Shown here piece after piece: positions 37,900 through 48,999 of a stretch of DNA of 64,000 nucleotides (position 1 is its first letter; every line of letters starts with the position of its first letter). A model generated the notes under the pieces. The model was not told where the DNA came from, made no database searches, and saw only the letters and a list, made by a program, of their open reading frames with translations. The stretch is from Azolla caroliniana (taxonomy: Eukaryota; Plantae; Polypodiophyta). The stretch is taken from assembly GCA_043228905.1 (NCBI GenBank), contig JBHGNT010000006.1, forward strand, positions 21,266,001-21,330,000, written 5' to 3'. A program made the position numbers and the translations under genes.

Positions 37900-40027
37900 A
37901 TGAGGGGGTCGGATCTTGCAGAGGCCATGGCTTTGGCCGTGGATTGGATATTGAGCACACGTGAGGGCACCGGCGCCCTCGACAGAGCCATTGAGGCGGT
38001 TGTCGGTACGATCGGCCGGTTCAGCGGAAAGGATGCTACGAAGTATTTGGCGTCCTACGGGGCGGAAATGCTGATGCGGGACATTCCGGAAGAGAGGCGT
38101 CTTGCCGGGTTCCCTCGAGTGGCGATGCCGAGCATCCATGCGGAGGTGCTCGAGGTACGGGCGGAGAGCCGTACCTGGGAGGAGTTTGAAGGCCGACTCC
38201 TAGAGAAATACGGGCTGGACGACGCGCTCCAGCTTTCGAAACGGGACTCCATGGAATGGGTGGAGTTCCCCGGCAAAGGAAGAAACGCGTCGGCACTCTT
38301 CCTGGAGTTTGAGGAACGCTTTGTGCGCCTTTCGGCGCTTGACCGAACCATTCTGGATACGAGCCGGGTCCTACTGTTCGTCAAGTCGGTGGACAAGCGG
38401 AACCGGGATCAAGTCGGCTCCTTACTAGAAACCGAAGACGGGCTGACGACCGACTGGACTGCGGTTAAGAGAGTCTGTGGCCGTTTCGACAAATGGCGAG
38501 AATGGGCTGACAACGGGGAGACCGGAGCGGGCTCTGTCACAGCAAGGAGGCTTGAACCGGCACCACAAGGGCGAAGGGAAGAAACCCGGGAATGGTTTCG
38601 AAACCGGTCCGGCTTCGACCGACATGGTCAGTGGCTCGTTCGGATGAGCAGCGCTGGAGGAGTTGACGCAGGCGATAAAGGATCTCCAGATCGCCCAGAC
38701 TCGAAGGGAAGGCGGCGAACCGGCTCGTGACCGACGGCCGGTAGCAGGGAACAGGTGCATGTGGTGCGACGAGGTCGGCCACATCCGGAAGGACTGCGGC
38801 GATTTCGCAGAAGCGTTGAGGAACCGGGTGGTGTACCTGTGGGAAGGCCAGGTGCACGCCGGCGACACCAGAAGGGCCCTAAACCAAAATGACGGGCGAG
38901 GAGGAATGAAGAGACTGATGGAAGAGGCAGCGGCCCGACATGTGGAGGCCATCCACTGCTCGGCGTCGGCCGGCATTCGGGTCGGGGGCAGCGAGGCTTG
39001 AAAGGAGGGCAAAGACGGATTCTGGTCGGCAATGCTGGAAGGTCTTGCCGGCGCACGGCTAAGGAAAGATGAAACAGACCGCGCTGAGAGACGGGTCCGG
39101 GAAATAACCGGGTGAGGCGATCCGGTCGAGGAGAAGACATGCTTCGTAGAAGCCGCCTGCCGAAACTACGAGGCTCTGGTAGAAGACAAACGAGTGGGGA
39201 AAGCCGGAGCGGCCGGGCCCTTACAACGGTATGAGACCCGATTCGGGCAACGACGGAACGATGCCGGTGGGTCCAGCTCGCAAGATAAGCCTAGGAAGGG
39301 TGGATACCGACTGGGGACGGAAATAGAAAGGACTACGGACCTACGAAAGGTCCTAGAAGAATGGATCCTCGACATCAAAGTGGAGTTGTCATTGCGAGAG
39401 GTGCTAGGGATCGCCAAGAAGGAGTTCCACGACTCCATTGTGGACCTGGTGAAACGGAAGAGGCTGTCGACGGAGACGGAACCGGAAAGACCGGTGGAGG
39501 TGCGGACGACGCACATTGACGACATGGCGCTGGAAGATGAGTGGGTGGAGAGCCACTATTCAAGGCCGCACTGGGCCTGAGCGACCACGGAGACCTCGGT
39601 AAAGATCGGAGATGTTCAGGAACCGGTGGTGGCATTGGTGGACCACGGTTCAGAAATAAACTTGATGTCCATGGACTTCTATAAGAAGGGAAAGTGGTCG
39701 ATCAACACCAAGCACGGGTGGAAGATACGGGCGGTGACGCGCGCCACCGAGGAACTGCACGGGGCCTGCCCGAACGTGCGAGTCAAGATTGGCGACGTCG
39801 AGATTGACCAGCACTTCTTCGTACAGGAGACGTCCTCACACCCGGTCATATTAGGGGAACCATACATCACGGCGGCGCGAATGGAGACCAAAGTGCTGGA
39901 CAACGGTTCGGCCTACGCAAGGGTCAAAAGCCAGGACGGGCGCCATTCAGTCCAATTTCTGATGGTGCGACCGAACCATGAGCGAAACCGCGAATCCCTC
40001 GGTGGCGACAACCGGGAGGATTTTTAG
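37900..40027 (+). pseudogene. gag: F gag-protease (ORF1)
   Basis: MRGSDLAEAM, CMWCDEVGHIRKDC, ALVDHGSEINLM; a few stops and one frameshift; ends G GAT TTT TAG. Confidence 0.92.
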
Positions 40028-40083
40028 AGAGGGCTGCCAACGCGTGGGGCCGAGACAGTCCGGACACTCGGGAAAGACCCCAC
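40018..40083 (+). promoter_or_regulatory. Putative -1 ribosomal frameshift signal (GGAUUUU plus H-type pseudoknot)
   Basis: Slippery site 40018-40024, 6-nt spacer, stem1 GGGCTG/CAGTCC, stem2 GTGGGG/CCCCAC; -1 frame open into RT; homologues at 10909, 59140, 63824. Confidence 0.8.
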
Positions 40084-43000
40084 AGTTGTATCATAGAACC
40101 GAAACCGAAGAAACCTTGTATGATAGGTACAAAATTCTGCTTCTCCAACAACGGAGGGTGTATGATGGTCGGCATCGTTGGCCGAGAAAGGGCAAGGGCG
40201 GAGGAGCGACTTCGAGCGTGCGGAGTTCTCGGCCCGGACGAGGAAATCAGCGGGGCCGTGGAGGCGGTCTCCTTCGACGACACCTTGGGAATGCTGAGGA
40301 AGGTAGCGGGAGAAGACCTTAACGAAGACCGGACGATACCGGTATGTTCCGAAGAGATGTACGAAGTCATCGCGAACTTCAGCCAGGGGCTCCGGTCGGA
40401 TCGGACGGCCCGAGTTAGCACGAAGTACAAGACTGTGGACCGGAAGGTAAGGCCAGTCGCGCCACCCTTACCGGAGGGCAGCGAGTCCCGAATCAGAGGG
40501 GTTGCATCGGACCCCAGTTTACGAGATCCGGCCTGCATAGGACACACCTTCACTGACGGGACGCTCCGGGAGCTCAAGATCGGTGGGGGCGGGTTCCTAC
40601 TGCCGGTGGAGGAAGACCGGTTTCGGAGAATGCTCGGAAGGCACGGGAAAGCCTTCGCATTCTCGCCGGAAGAGATCGGGTGCGTAGACCCGACAATCGT
40701 GGAGCCGATGGTGATATTCACGGTACCGCATGTGCCGGGGAATCTCAAGCCGATTCCGGTACCAAGAGCTCACATCCCGGAGTTGATGGAGCTACTGAGG
40801 CAGAAAGTTGATATGGGTATTCTCGAACCGTCGAGCGCGCCATACTCGAACCGATGGTTTACCGTACCAAAGAAAAACGGAACATTGCGCTTCATTCAGG
40901 ACCTGTAGCCGGTCAACAAAGTGACCATTCGGAACGCAGGAATCGGACTGACCATAGACGAGTTTGCGGAGGCCTTCGCCGGAAGGTCGATTTACTCGGT
41001 CGGTGATCTGTACTCGGGGTACGACCAGTTCGAGCTAGCCGTGGAGAGCTGAGACATTACGACGATGCGAACTCCCCTCGGCCTAGTGCGAATGTGTACC
41101 CTGCCACAAGGAGGGACCAACTCGGTGGCCCACATGGTGAATGCAATGAACAAAGTACTGAGTGATTGCATCCCGGACATCACCATGCCATTTCTGGACG
41201 ACATCCTGATAAAGGGGTGCCCGGTGGAAGAGAAGGACGAGACAGTCGGGCCGGACGGATGCCAGCGATTCGTGGCAACACACATCGACGACTGCGAGAA
41301 GGTGCTACAAAGGCTAGAGGATGTGAGGCTCACCTTCTCTGGGGAGAAATTGGCCTTCGGGCAATCAGAAATCCTGGTGGTCGGACACCTGTGTGGACCG
41401 TATGGCCGGAAGCCGTCTCCGGCAAAAGTAGAAGCCATCTCCGCGATGAAGACCGACTGTAGCTCGGTTACGGAAGTTTGGAGGTTCCTGGGGGCATGCG
41501 CGTTCTACCACATATGGATCCCGCATTACGCCCACGTTGCGGAGCCGCTATACGGGTTGCTGAAAAAGGGGCGAAAATTCGAGTGGCGAGACGAGCACAC
41601 GGAGTCAGTCCAGAAGCTAAAGGAAGCTCTTGCGGCAACACCGACACTCTGGAAGGCTGTCTACGAGAAGGGTAACCCGGTCTACATAACGGTGGATACG
41701 AGCCCGACCGGGGTCGGATGGTTCGTCAACCAAGAAGACGAGAACGGCACCCGGTTCCCGATCCGATTCGGCGCAAAGGTACTCAGTGAGCGACAGCGAG
41801 GGTACGCCCAGGTTAAACGCGAACTCTGGGGTATCGTTTCGGCAGTAAAGGCCGACAAAGACTACCTAATCGGGACGGAAGTGATTATCGAGACGGATTG
41901 CCTACCAATTCTCGACATGGTTTCCGGATGCGCGACACCGGACCTGGCGATGCTTAGATGGATAGCGTACATCAAGTCCCTGGACCCGGAAATACGACAC
42001 ATTTCTGGAAAGCACAACGCCATGGCCGACATGCTTTCGAGGGCGAGGTTTGATGACGAGGGCGGCATGGTTTCGGAGGACGAAGAAGTCGGCGTGGACT
42101 TCTTCGAGGCGGCGTACGTGACAACAAATGGGACGAGCACTCCGGCACTTAACGACTTCGACGAGAGCAAGTACGACGGCGAGTGGCTCCAGATCGGTGG
42201 ATTTTTGAGGACAATGACGCCGGATGCGTCATGGACAAAGGACGAGGCCAACCGGATCCGGAAGAAAGCTTACCGATTCTTTCTCCGGGACGGATACTTA
42301 TGGAAGCACCCGAAGAAGAGGAACGGCGTCCCACTCCGGGTGGTGGCGATGAAGGAAGATCAGGAGGAGCTGCTGACGGCTTACCACGACAGCCCTTGGG
42401 CTGGTCACCGTGGAACGTGGGCCACGTTCGAGAAGATAAAGGGGAAGTACTGGTGGCCGGGACTGTACCGGGACGTGCATCGGTTCGTGACAACTTGCGA
42501 GAGCTGTCAGATGCACTCCATAGTCCGGCATCAGGACGAGCTTCACCCTACGTACCCTCCGACCATCCACTTCAAATGGATGGTAGATCTGGTGACGATG
42601 CAGATGGGCGTAGGACAGATGCGGTATCTGGTCCTGGCTCGGGAAGATCTGACGAACCAGGTGGAAGGCCGAGCCCTTCAGAACAAAACGACCGCGGCCA
42701 TCTGTTGGTTCCTAATCGAGGACGTGATATGCCAGTACGGGTGCGTTGGGAAGATCGTGGCTGATCGCGGGGAGTTGGACGCCGAAGAGGCCGAGGAGTT
42801 GTTCGACCGGCTAGGAGTCAAGCTCTCGCTTACCACTGCGTACAATCCGGAGGCGAATGGGAAGGTGGAGCGCGGACACGGACCGATCGTCAAGGCGTTA
42901 GTTCGGGCATGCGGGGGGCAAGTCGGGAACTGGCCGCGGCTGCTGCCTTACGCGTTGTGGGCTAACCGAACTACGCACAGTTCGGTAACCGGATTCATGC

Positions 43001-43521
43001 CGGCAGAGCTCATGTTTGGGCAGAAGCCGGTCATGCCAATGGAACGTACGATCTCCTCGTGGGCAACCGTGGACTGGAGAGACGAGATGAGCTGGGAGGA
43101 ACTGCTGGCGGCGCGTATACGACAGCTCGAGCGAAGACCGGAGGACGTGGAGCAGGCTGCGGGAAAGCTTCGGGTGGCAACGACGAGGAACAAAGCCTGG
43201 TTCGACCGGACGCACCAGCTCCGATCGAAGAAGATCGAGGAAGGCGACTAGGTGCTAGTCTATGACAACAGCCGCGACAACCAGCACCGAGCAACACGGA
43301 AGTTCGCAAGAAGGTGGTTCGGGCCTTACGTGGTACAAAGCGCCAACGACAAGGGGACGTACCATCTGGCGGAACTCGACAGCACGAGAATGGCGATACT
43401 GGTAGCTGGGAAGCAGATCAAAGCGTTCAAGAAGCGTCACGACGACGAGCCGGATCCGGTTAACCTGGACCGGAACGACGAACGATCCGAAACCGAGGAA
43501 GAACCGACGGGTGGGGATTGA
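40021..43521 (+). pseudogene. pol: F pol (RT, RNase H, integrase), ORF2
   Basis: ORFs 40120-40908, 41065-43251 and 43252-43521 lie in one frame separated by point stops. Confidence 0.95.
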
Positions 43522-44242
43522 AGGCTGGACCGGTTTTCTCCATCCCAACTCAATTCGGCACATGCCGGTGGATGCGCGGTTAGGTGGGGGTGGATGTCGT
43601 GAAGAAAACCGTCCACAAGCGGAATCGGTGCGCCGGAGCATAGGAACCGGCTCTTCATGCACGTACGCCTTGTGTTGTACATAGGAGAGAATTAGGGACA
43701 TGGGAGATCCTAGGTAGGTAGATTCGGTAGGTAGGAAGTTAATAGGAAGCGGCTCCCTTCTTGCCTATAAAAGGAGGGAGACGAGGAGGAAGGGATCGCG
43801 GAATCAGAGAGGACGAAGTGCTGTCGGGCTGTAGGTCGAAGGCTCCTCTCTCTTCCATACTCTCCGTAGCTTCTTTCTGTGCAGGTTTCATGAGGCTCGC
43901 GCTGCTCTGAGGAATGCCCGAGTGCTTTCGGCAGCACCTCCAACCTACTCCTTCCTTTCTGAGCGTTTGCGAACAGGCATCGGCATCTGTTCGCCGGCCT
44001 GTTCGGTTGTAACCGACTTCGTGTTTTTGTTGTTTGTCTCTGTTAATATATACTTACATACCGTTGTGCCTCTCTGTGTTGGTTTCCACGCTCGCGTCTT
44101 CGTGTCGAAGGGCCGTGTCCCTGTGGATCTACGCCCGCACGTAGTAGGTCCCTTCCCTTCTCCTTTCCCTATTGCTCTTCGGTACAAGACCCCCGAGGTC
44201 CCGCCTCATTCTACGCATCCGCGAGGAGTACCTCGACAACGT

Positions 44243-44715
44243 TTTTATGCCGATCATCATAGGCAACTTCGTGTATTCAACCCTGGACAGAAGGTATTTT
44301 TACGTGTACCTCACAATTCTAAGACATTGTCTAAGGGTAAGTGCGCTAAGTTAGCCCCATGGTTTTGTGGGCCTTTTACAGTCCTCAAACGCATTGGGTC
44401 ATCAGCCTATCGTCTCGCTCTTCCTGATGGCGTTGAAATTCATCCAGTTTTTCATGTGAGCCGTCTAAAAGAACTTCTAGGTTCTGGCGACAATATAGTT
44501 ACAACTGAAACTTTGGTTACTTCTGAAGAATTATCTTCTAAACCACATGTACTAGAAAGAATTCTCGATGTTAAAACAAAAAAATTACGTACTAAAGAAA
44601 TCTGAGAATTTAAAATAAAATGGATGGATAAATCAATAATAAATGCCACATGGGAACGTGAAAGATCTCTAAGAACTAACTTCCCTAACTTTCCATTGCA
44701 AGAGTGCAATGTTTT
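44243..44715 (+). pseudogene. G integrase C-terminus (GPF motif) and chromodomain
   Basis: GPFTVLKRIGSSAYRL...HPVFHVSRLK then ERILD...KIKW...ATWE. Confidence 0.88.
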
Positions 44716-44992
44716 AAAGAGGGGGAGTATGTTATGGGCATGACCATATAATATCCCGTGGTGAGAATTTACCGTAGTATTCTATACACGTGGATAAGTG
44801 TGAGGGTTAAACGAGAGTGTAAAGAAGGGGAGGATTACTTTTAATCCTCGGGATTGAGACAACCCATTAGGCCAAGTGTGAACTTGCCTAGGGGCCTTGG
44901 GTATTGCTATAAATAAGAGGCCTAGCTACCATCATTTGAGCATCTTGTTGACTACATCGAGACTCTGTCTTGTAGTGGGTCAACTCTTGTAG

Positions 44993-46079
44993 TGGGTCGT
45001 CCGGTGTCAGTGTGCGGGCTGGCGGTGTCAATGGTCTTTCCTGCTCCTCCGTCGGCGTCGGAGGTCGTTCCTGGTCCTCTGTCGAAGTCGGAGGTCATTG
45101 TTGGTTCTCTATCGGTGTTGGAGGTCTGTGTTCCTCCTCCTTCGGTGTTGCCGGCTTCTCCTCCTCGACTTCTGGTGTCAGAGGTTTTTCTTTGTACTCT
45201 TCTGGCTCCGGAGGTTGCTCCACGTCTAGTGCCGGAGGTTCCCTGTCTGACAATTCTGGTTCCGGTGTCGGTAATGTATCCGACTCCTCGTCCTCTGATC
45301 CTCCTGGGGTGTCGTTACTGCTACGATAGTTCGTGTGCGCGCTGTAACCCCCTTCCAAATCCGATTCCAGTGCTGAAAATGCTTCGGATTCGCCATCTCC
45401 TCCGGCCAAGGCCTGGAGAAGGGATTCCGCTTCCCGGAGACTGCTTAAGCTGCTTCCTTCATCCGGATAGGCGTTTTGTTGCAGACGGAGCGACTCCGCC
45501 ACTTTCCGGATAACTTTGGAAAATGATCGATCCGATCGGATTTGTTCTGCTGCTTGCTGGAAAGCCTCTCGCTGCCTTCGTTGTTCCGCAAGTCTTCGTG
45601 CTCTCTCCGTAACCGGGTCGTCCGTTGGCCTAGTCATCCATTCCCGCCGCTGTTCACTGCAATTTGTGCAGGAATCGTGGTCGCAAAAAATTGTGTTAAT
45701 CCTTAGGGCCGGACAACAGCCTAACACAAGGTGTTCACTTAAGACACTTCACCAAAGGGTGTTACGGCGAGATAACTTATGACACAATGCTTAATTGGAC
45801 CTTAATCGGTTACTTAGTAATATGTCATTAACACACGTAAGATATACAATAAGCACAGAACGGTGAACAATACTCAATGATTAAACGAAAGGTTTATATT
45901 ACTCTCCGTTGATGACTACATTGTAACCGGGCCTTTATATAGGTCACCAGTGCGAAGTACAAAACGGTGCCAACCGGCACCTATTCGGGATCGGTCCGGA
46001 TCTAGATCGGCATACCGATTCCGGTCCGTCCGTCCACATCTTCTCATATATTAATATATTAAGACTAGTAATTACAACA
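44993..46079 (-). mobile_element. Element M: truncated reverse-oriented LTR-like element with one ORF
   Basis: Minus strand begins TGTTGT at 46079, TATATAAA near 45941, candidate LTR end near 45760, acidic/proline-repeat ORF 45095-45727. Confidence 0.45.
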
Positions 46080-46150
46080 GATTCCCAAATAACCATTCCC
46101 CTTTTCACACCCTGGTCTTGGAGTCCTTAGCTCCTTTGTCGGCCAGGTAA

Positions 46151-46756
46151 CAATATACCCATAACACCCCTAAACTAGGTATTGAAACTTTTCTAACTAA
46201 CCTATATAGTGATTTTATTAAGGATCCCCAACTATGTAGTATCCCCAAACCTCTAGTATGTTGGACTAAATCTAAAACCCTACACTCACTTTTAGTCCAA
46301 ACTAAATTTACTAGATCCCCACCACCCCACCACCCTTATCCCATAATCTATCCCTAGCATCCCCTTATCCTCCTTTAGTGCCCTCTTATAATACATTATC
46401 ATACTCTCCGCTTATTACCCTCATTATTCCTTATCACCCCCATTATATCAACTCACCTTACATCATACCCCCTTACATCACATCCCCTTAAAACATACCC
46501 TTTTATACCCCTTAACTACCCTTGATAGACATTTAAATCTCTCTCTCTCTCTCTCTCTCTCTACACGTCATTACTCTCACTCTTCCACTACCACACATTC
46601 ATTATATGCTCTCATCACACACCCCCTCTCTCTCTTACCCCATCTTCACTATATATATATATATATATATATTGTAAAAACAAGGCCTATTGCACTGATG
46701 AGCTCGTATGAGCGAAACCAGTTTGTAATAAGGCCTTCCTTAATATAAGTTGTCTC

Positions 46757-46803
<47 letters not shown>

Positions 46804-46900
46804 CTACTCTACTCTTACACATTTCTCCTTTCCTTTCTTTTGGTATTTACCCTCCATCCAATAGTTTTGTCGAGAACCATAGCACACACTCCTTGGTTTT
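46151..46900 (+). mobile_element. Penelope-like element 3' part (post-RT linker and 3' UTR/pLTR), no GIY-YIG domain visible
   Basis: HNTPKLG...PKPLVCWTKSKTLHSLLVQTKF resembles the PLE post-thumb motif; same G-poor composition as 21097-23808; contains a hammerhead. Confidence 0.7.
46682..46737 (+). ncRNA. Minimal type I hammerhead ribozyme (PLE-associated, mutated)
   Basis: CTGATGA core, stem II GCTC-gtat-GAGC, GAAA, short stem III AC-ca-GT, stem I AAGGCCTATTGCA/TGTAATAAGGCCTT. Confidence 0.85.
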
Positions 46901-47030
46901 AGAACATTCGGTCTATAGAGCCAAAAGCAGTAGTTCAGAAGAGGACGACGAGTAGCAGATGGCCCCGGAATCCCTCACTAAATTCGCTATCCGGCACATA
47001 CCGGAGGATGTGCCGTTTGGTGGGGGTGGA

Positions 47031-47656
47031 TGTTGTGAAGATTTCGGGCCATAGGAGGAAACAATGTGAAACACGCGGGAACACGGGTGTGCACATCCCT
47101 ACTGAATTAAACTATGTAAATATTAGGTATTGGTAGAATGAGGGGTGCTAGGTAGTTAGACAATTAATAGGAGTTCTGACATCACGTAGGGGCGAGAGTT
47201 ACGAGGAGAGAATTTGGGGAGGATAGTGACAGGTCTTAAAGGCTTTTGTAACGGTCGCTCCTTGCACTATAAAAGGGGCGGCCTCAGAATGTTTTAGGGG
47301 ACGATTGGGAGGAGGAGAAGAGAATCAGAGGAGCTCTACACTCCATCACCGGCTCTGATCTAGTTGTAATCCTTTACTGCGCCATGCACATGTTTTGATT
47401 AATATAACCCTATCTACTTAATACAAGTTGTTCGTCGCGTCTCTATTTGTCTGTCTACGTGGGTGTCTGTGGCTACGCATGACACTCTACCTCTCTCTCT
47501 CTCTCTCTCTCTCTTTCACTACAGTTCTCAGTTTACCCGCGGTCTCGGAGCCTCCGCAAAGTGCGGACTCTTCCCCCCCTCACTTCCCTGATTCCTTGGT
47601 TGAAGACCCCCGTCGTCCTGCTCCATTTCTACGCATCCGCACGGATTTCCATGACA
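47031..47656 (+). repeat. 3' LTR of element A
   Basis: Homologous to 123-776 and preceded by the family hairpin/PPT at 46993-47030. Confidence 0.88.
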
Positions 47657-47769
47657 CCACTTTGTCAATCTGACTTTGACTCCCTCGTACTTCTGAACCT
47701 TGTTGACTCTGATGGTTTCAGACTTGTCCCACTCCCACCCTCCGACCCTGTAGCTAACCGGCTACCATT

Positions 47770-48265
47770 AGTGAGACTCGGATACCAAGACGGATCCAGT
47801 ATGGCAGAGCACATGCATGCATTCCAGGGGCTGATAAACCAAACAATCTCATTAGAAGTACCTCTGGTCGACGAGGTACTCACGTTGCTCCTACTTGGTT
47901 ACCTCCCGGATAGTTGGGAAATGCCAGTTGTCACTTTGGGCAACATCAGGCCGGACGAAAAACATCTATCCCTAACAAGGGTAAAATCAAGCTTGGTAAG
48001 ACCGAAGAAGATCAAGGAAGGTGATTGGGTATTGGTATACGACAACAGCCTTGAGAGCATAAGGTGACGGGGAAATTCACGAGGAGATGGTTCGGGCCTT
48101 ACTTGGTGACGAAACTAGAATAGCGGTACCGGTTGCGGGAAAGCCGATCAAGGCTTTCAAGAAGCGGTATGAGGACAGGTCGGACCCAGACCGAGTGGGC
48201 TAGGATAATGACTCGGAAAGAACGAACGAAGACGAGGGAGTCGACGGGTCGGAGGATGATGAGTA
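47770..48265 (+). pseudogene. Chimeric relic: copia (D-like) gag fragment joined to gypsy integrase C-terminus
   Basis: QDGSSMAEHMHAFQGL...LPDSWE (cf. 13060-13280) runs into RPKKIKEGDWVLVYDNSL. Confidence 0.8.
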
Positions 48266-48337
48266 ACACGCGACCTCATTTACTCACTCTCTCTCTCGCT
48301 GCACAGATCGGTGGATGTGGGGATTCGTGAGGGAGGA

Positions 48338-48995
48338 TGTCGTGAGGAAAACTGGTTACAAGGGGAAAAGGATCAAAGGTGCGTGAATAGACACGTGCAC
48401 AGATGCATGCAAGTTGTACTAAATGCTTGTAAATAACCTCGGACTAAGTTTAAGTCGGTGTGATGTAAGGGCACATTAATAGGACGAATTAAATAGTGAT
48501 CAAATCTAAAAGAATATATGTCTGAGGCGGCAGGGAATAACTACATGATGTAACAAGCCCCCCTCTCCTTGGGATATAAAAGGACGGAGAGAGGGCTGAG
48601 AAAAGGGGGATCGCGGTTTTGGGAGAACGAAGTGCTACCGGACTGGGAACCGAGCGCTCGCTCTCAGATTTCTTATCATCTGTTGGTGTTTCTTTGGTCA
48701 GATGCCTTTGCTCATGTAGGAAGCACGTGTGCTCCTGACAAAGGCTCCACATTGTATTTCCATACTAGTGCGCATGTGTTGATTGTTGAGCTCATAGCTT
48801 AGCTCCCGGCTGAGCTGGTTATAATTTCTCTTTCTTTCTTTTTCTGATCGAATGTTTGTACTCGTTTTGTTGATTGTCTAGCGTGTTGCTCTGATCCCGA
48901 CCAAGCTGGTGGTGTCCTGTGCATCTAGATATCTAACGGTCTATACCCCCCTAAAGACTTCCTTATTCTTTTTCCTCTACTTACGCTCCTTGGTA
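48338..48995 (+). repeat. LTR of the Trp-primed family, 3' end and PBS deleted
   Basis: Degenerate pre-PPT motif then TGTCGTGAGGAAAA, TATAAAA near 48576; right limit approximate. Confidence 0.6.
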
Positions 48996-48999
48996 CGGG

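Larger units (their letters stand above)
37210..44238 (+). mobile_element. Element F: young full-length Trp-primed Ty3/gypsy
   Basis: Near-identical LTRs 37210-37856 and 43595-44238, PBS 37860-37876, TSD gcgt/acgt, all domains present with few stops. Confidence 0.96.
23809..44992 (+). mobile_element. Element G: chromovirus-type Ty3/gypsy with three nested inserts; 3' LTR truncated
   Basis: 5' LTR 23809-24269, iMet PBS 24272-24283, gag-PR-RT-RH-INT-chromodomain, PPT AAAGAGGGGGAG, 3' LTR 44730-44992. Confidence 0.9.
123..47656 (+). mobile_element. Element A: old Ty3/gypsy LTR retrotransposon (tRNA-Trp primed, no chromodomain), outermost element of the nest
   Basis: Related LTRs at 123-776 and 47031-47656 (TGTTGTGAAG...GACA), visibly diverged. 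gag/PR/RT/RH/INT reading resumes in register on both sides of each nested insertion (1189/9245, 11732/17801, 20282/21005, ~21096/~46901). TSD only partly kept (ccgt vs ccac). Confidence 0.75.

Noticed and set aside
43252-43594. env-like ORF or chromodomain in the Trp-primed elements
   Set aside because: Integrase ends in a short acidic tail within ~75 bp of the 3' LTR; no room and no motif
46080-46152. Missing 3' end of the G LTR
   Set aside because: Ends in TAACA but does not match 24070-24269; origin unresolved
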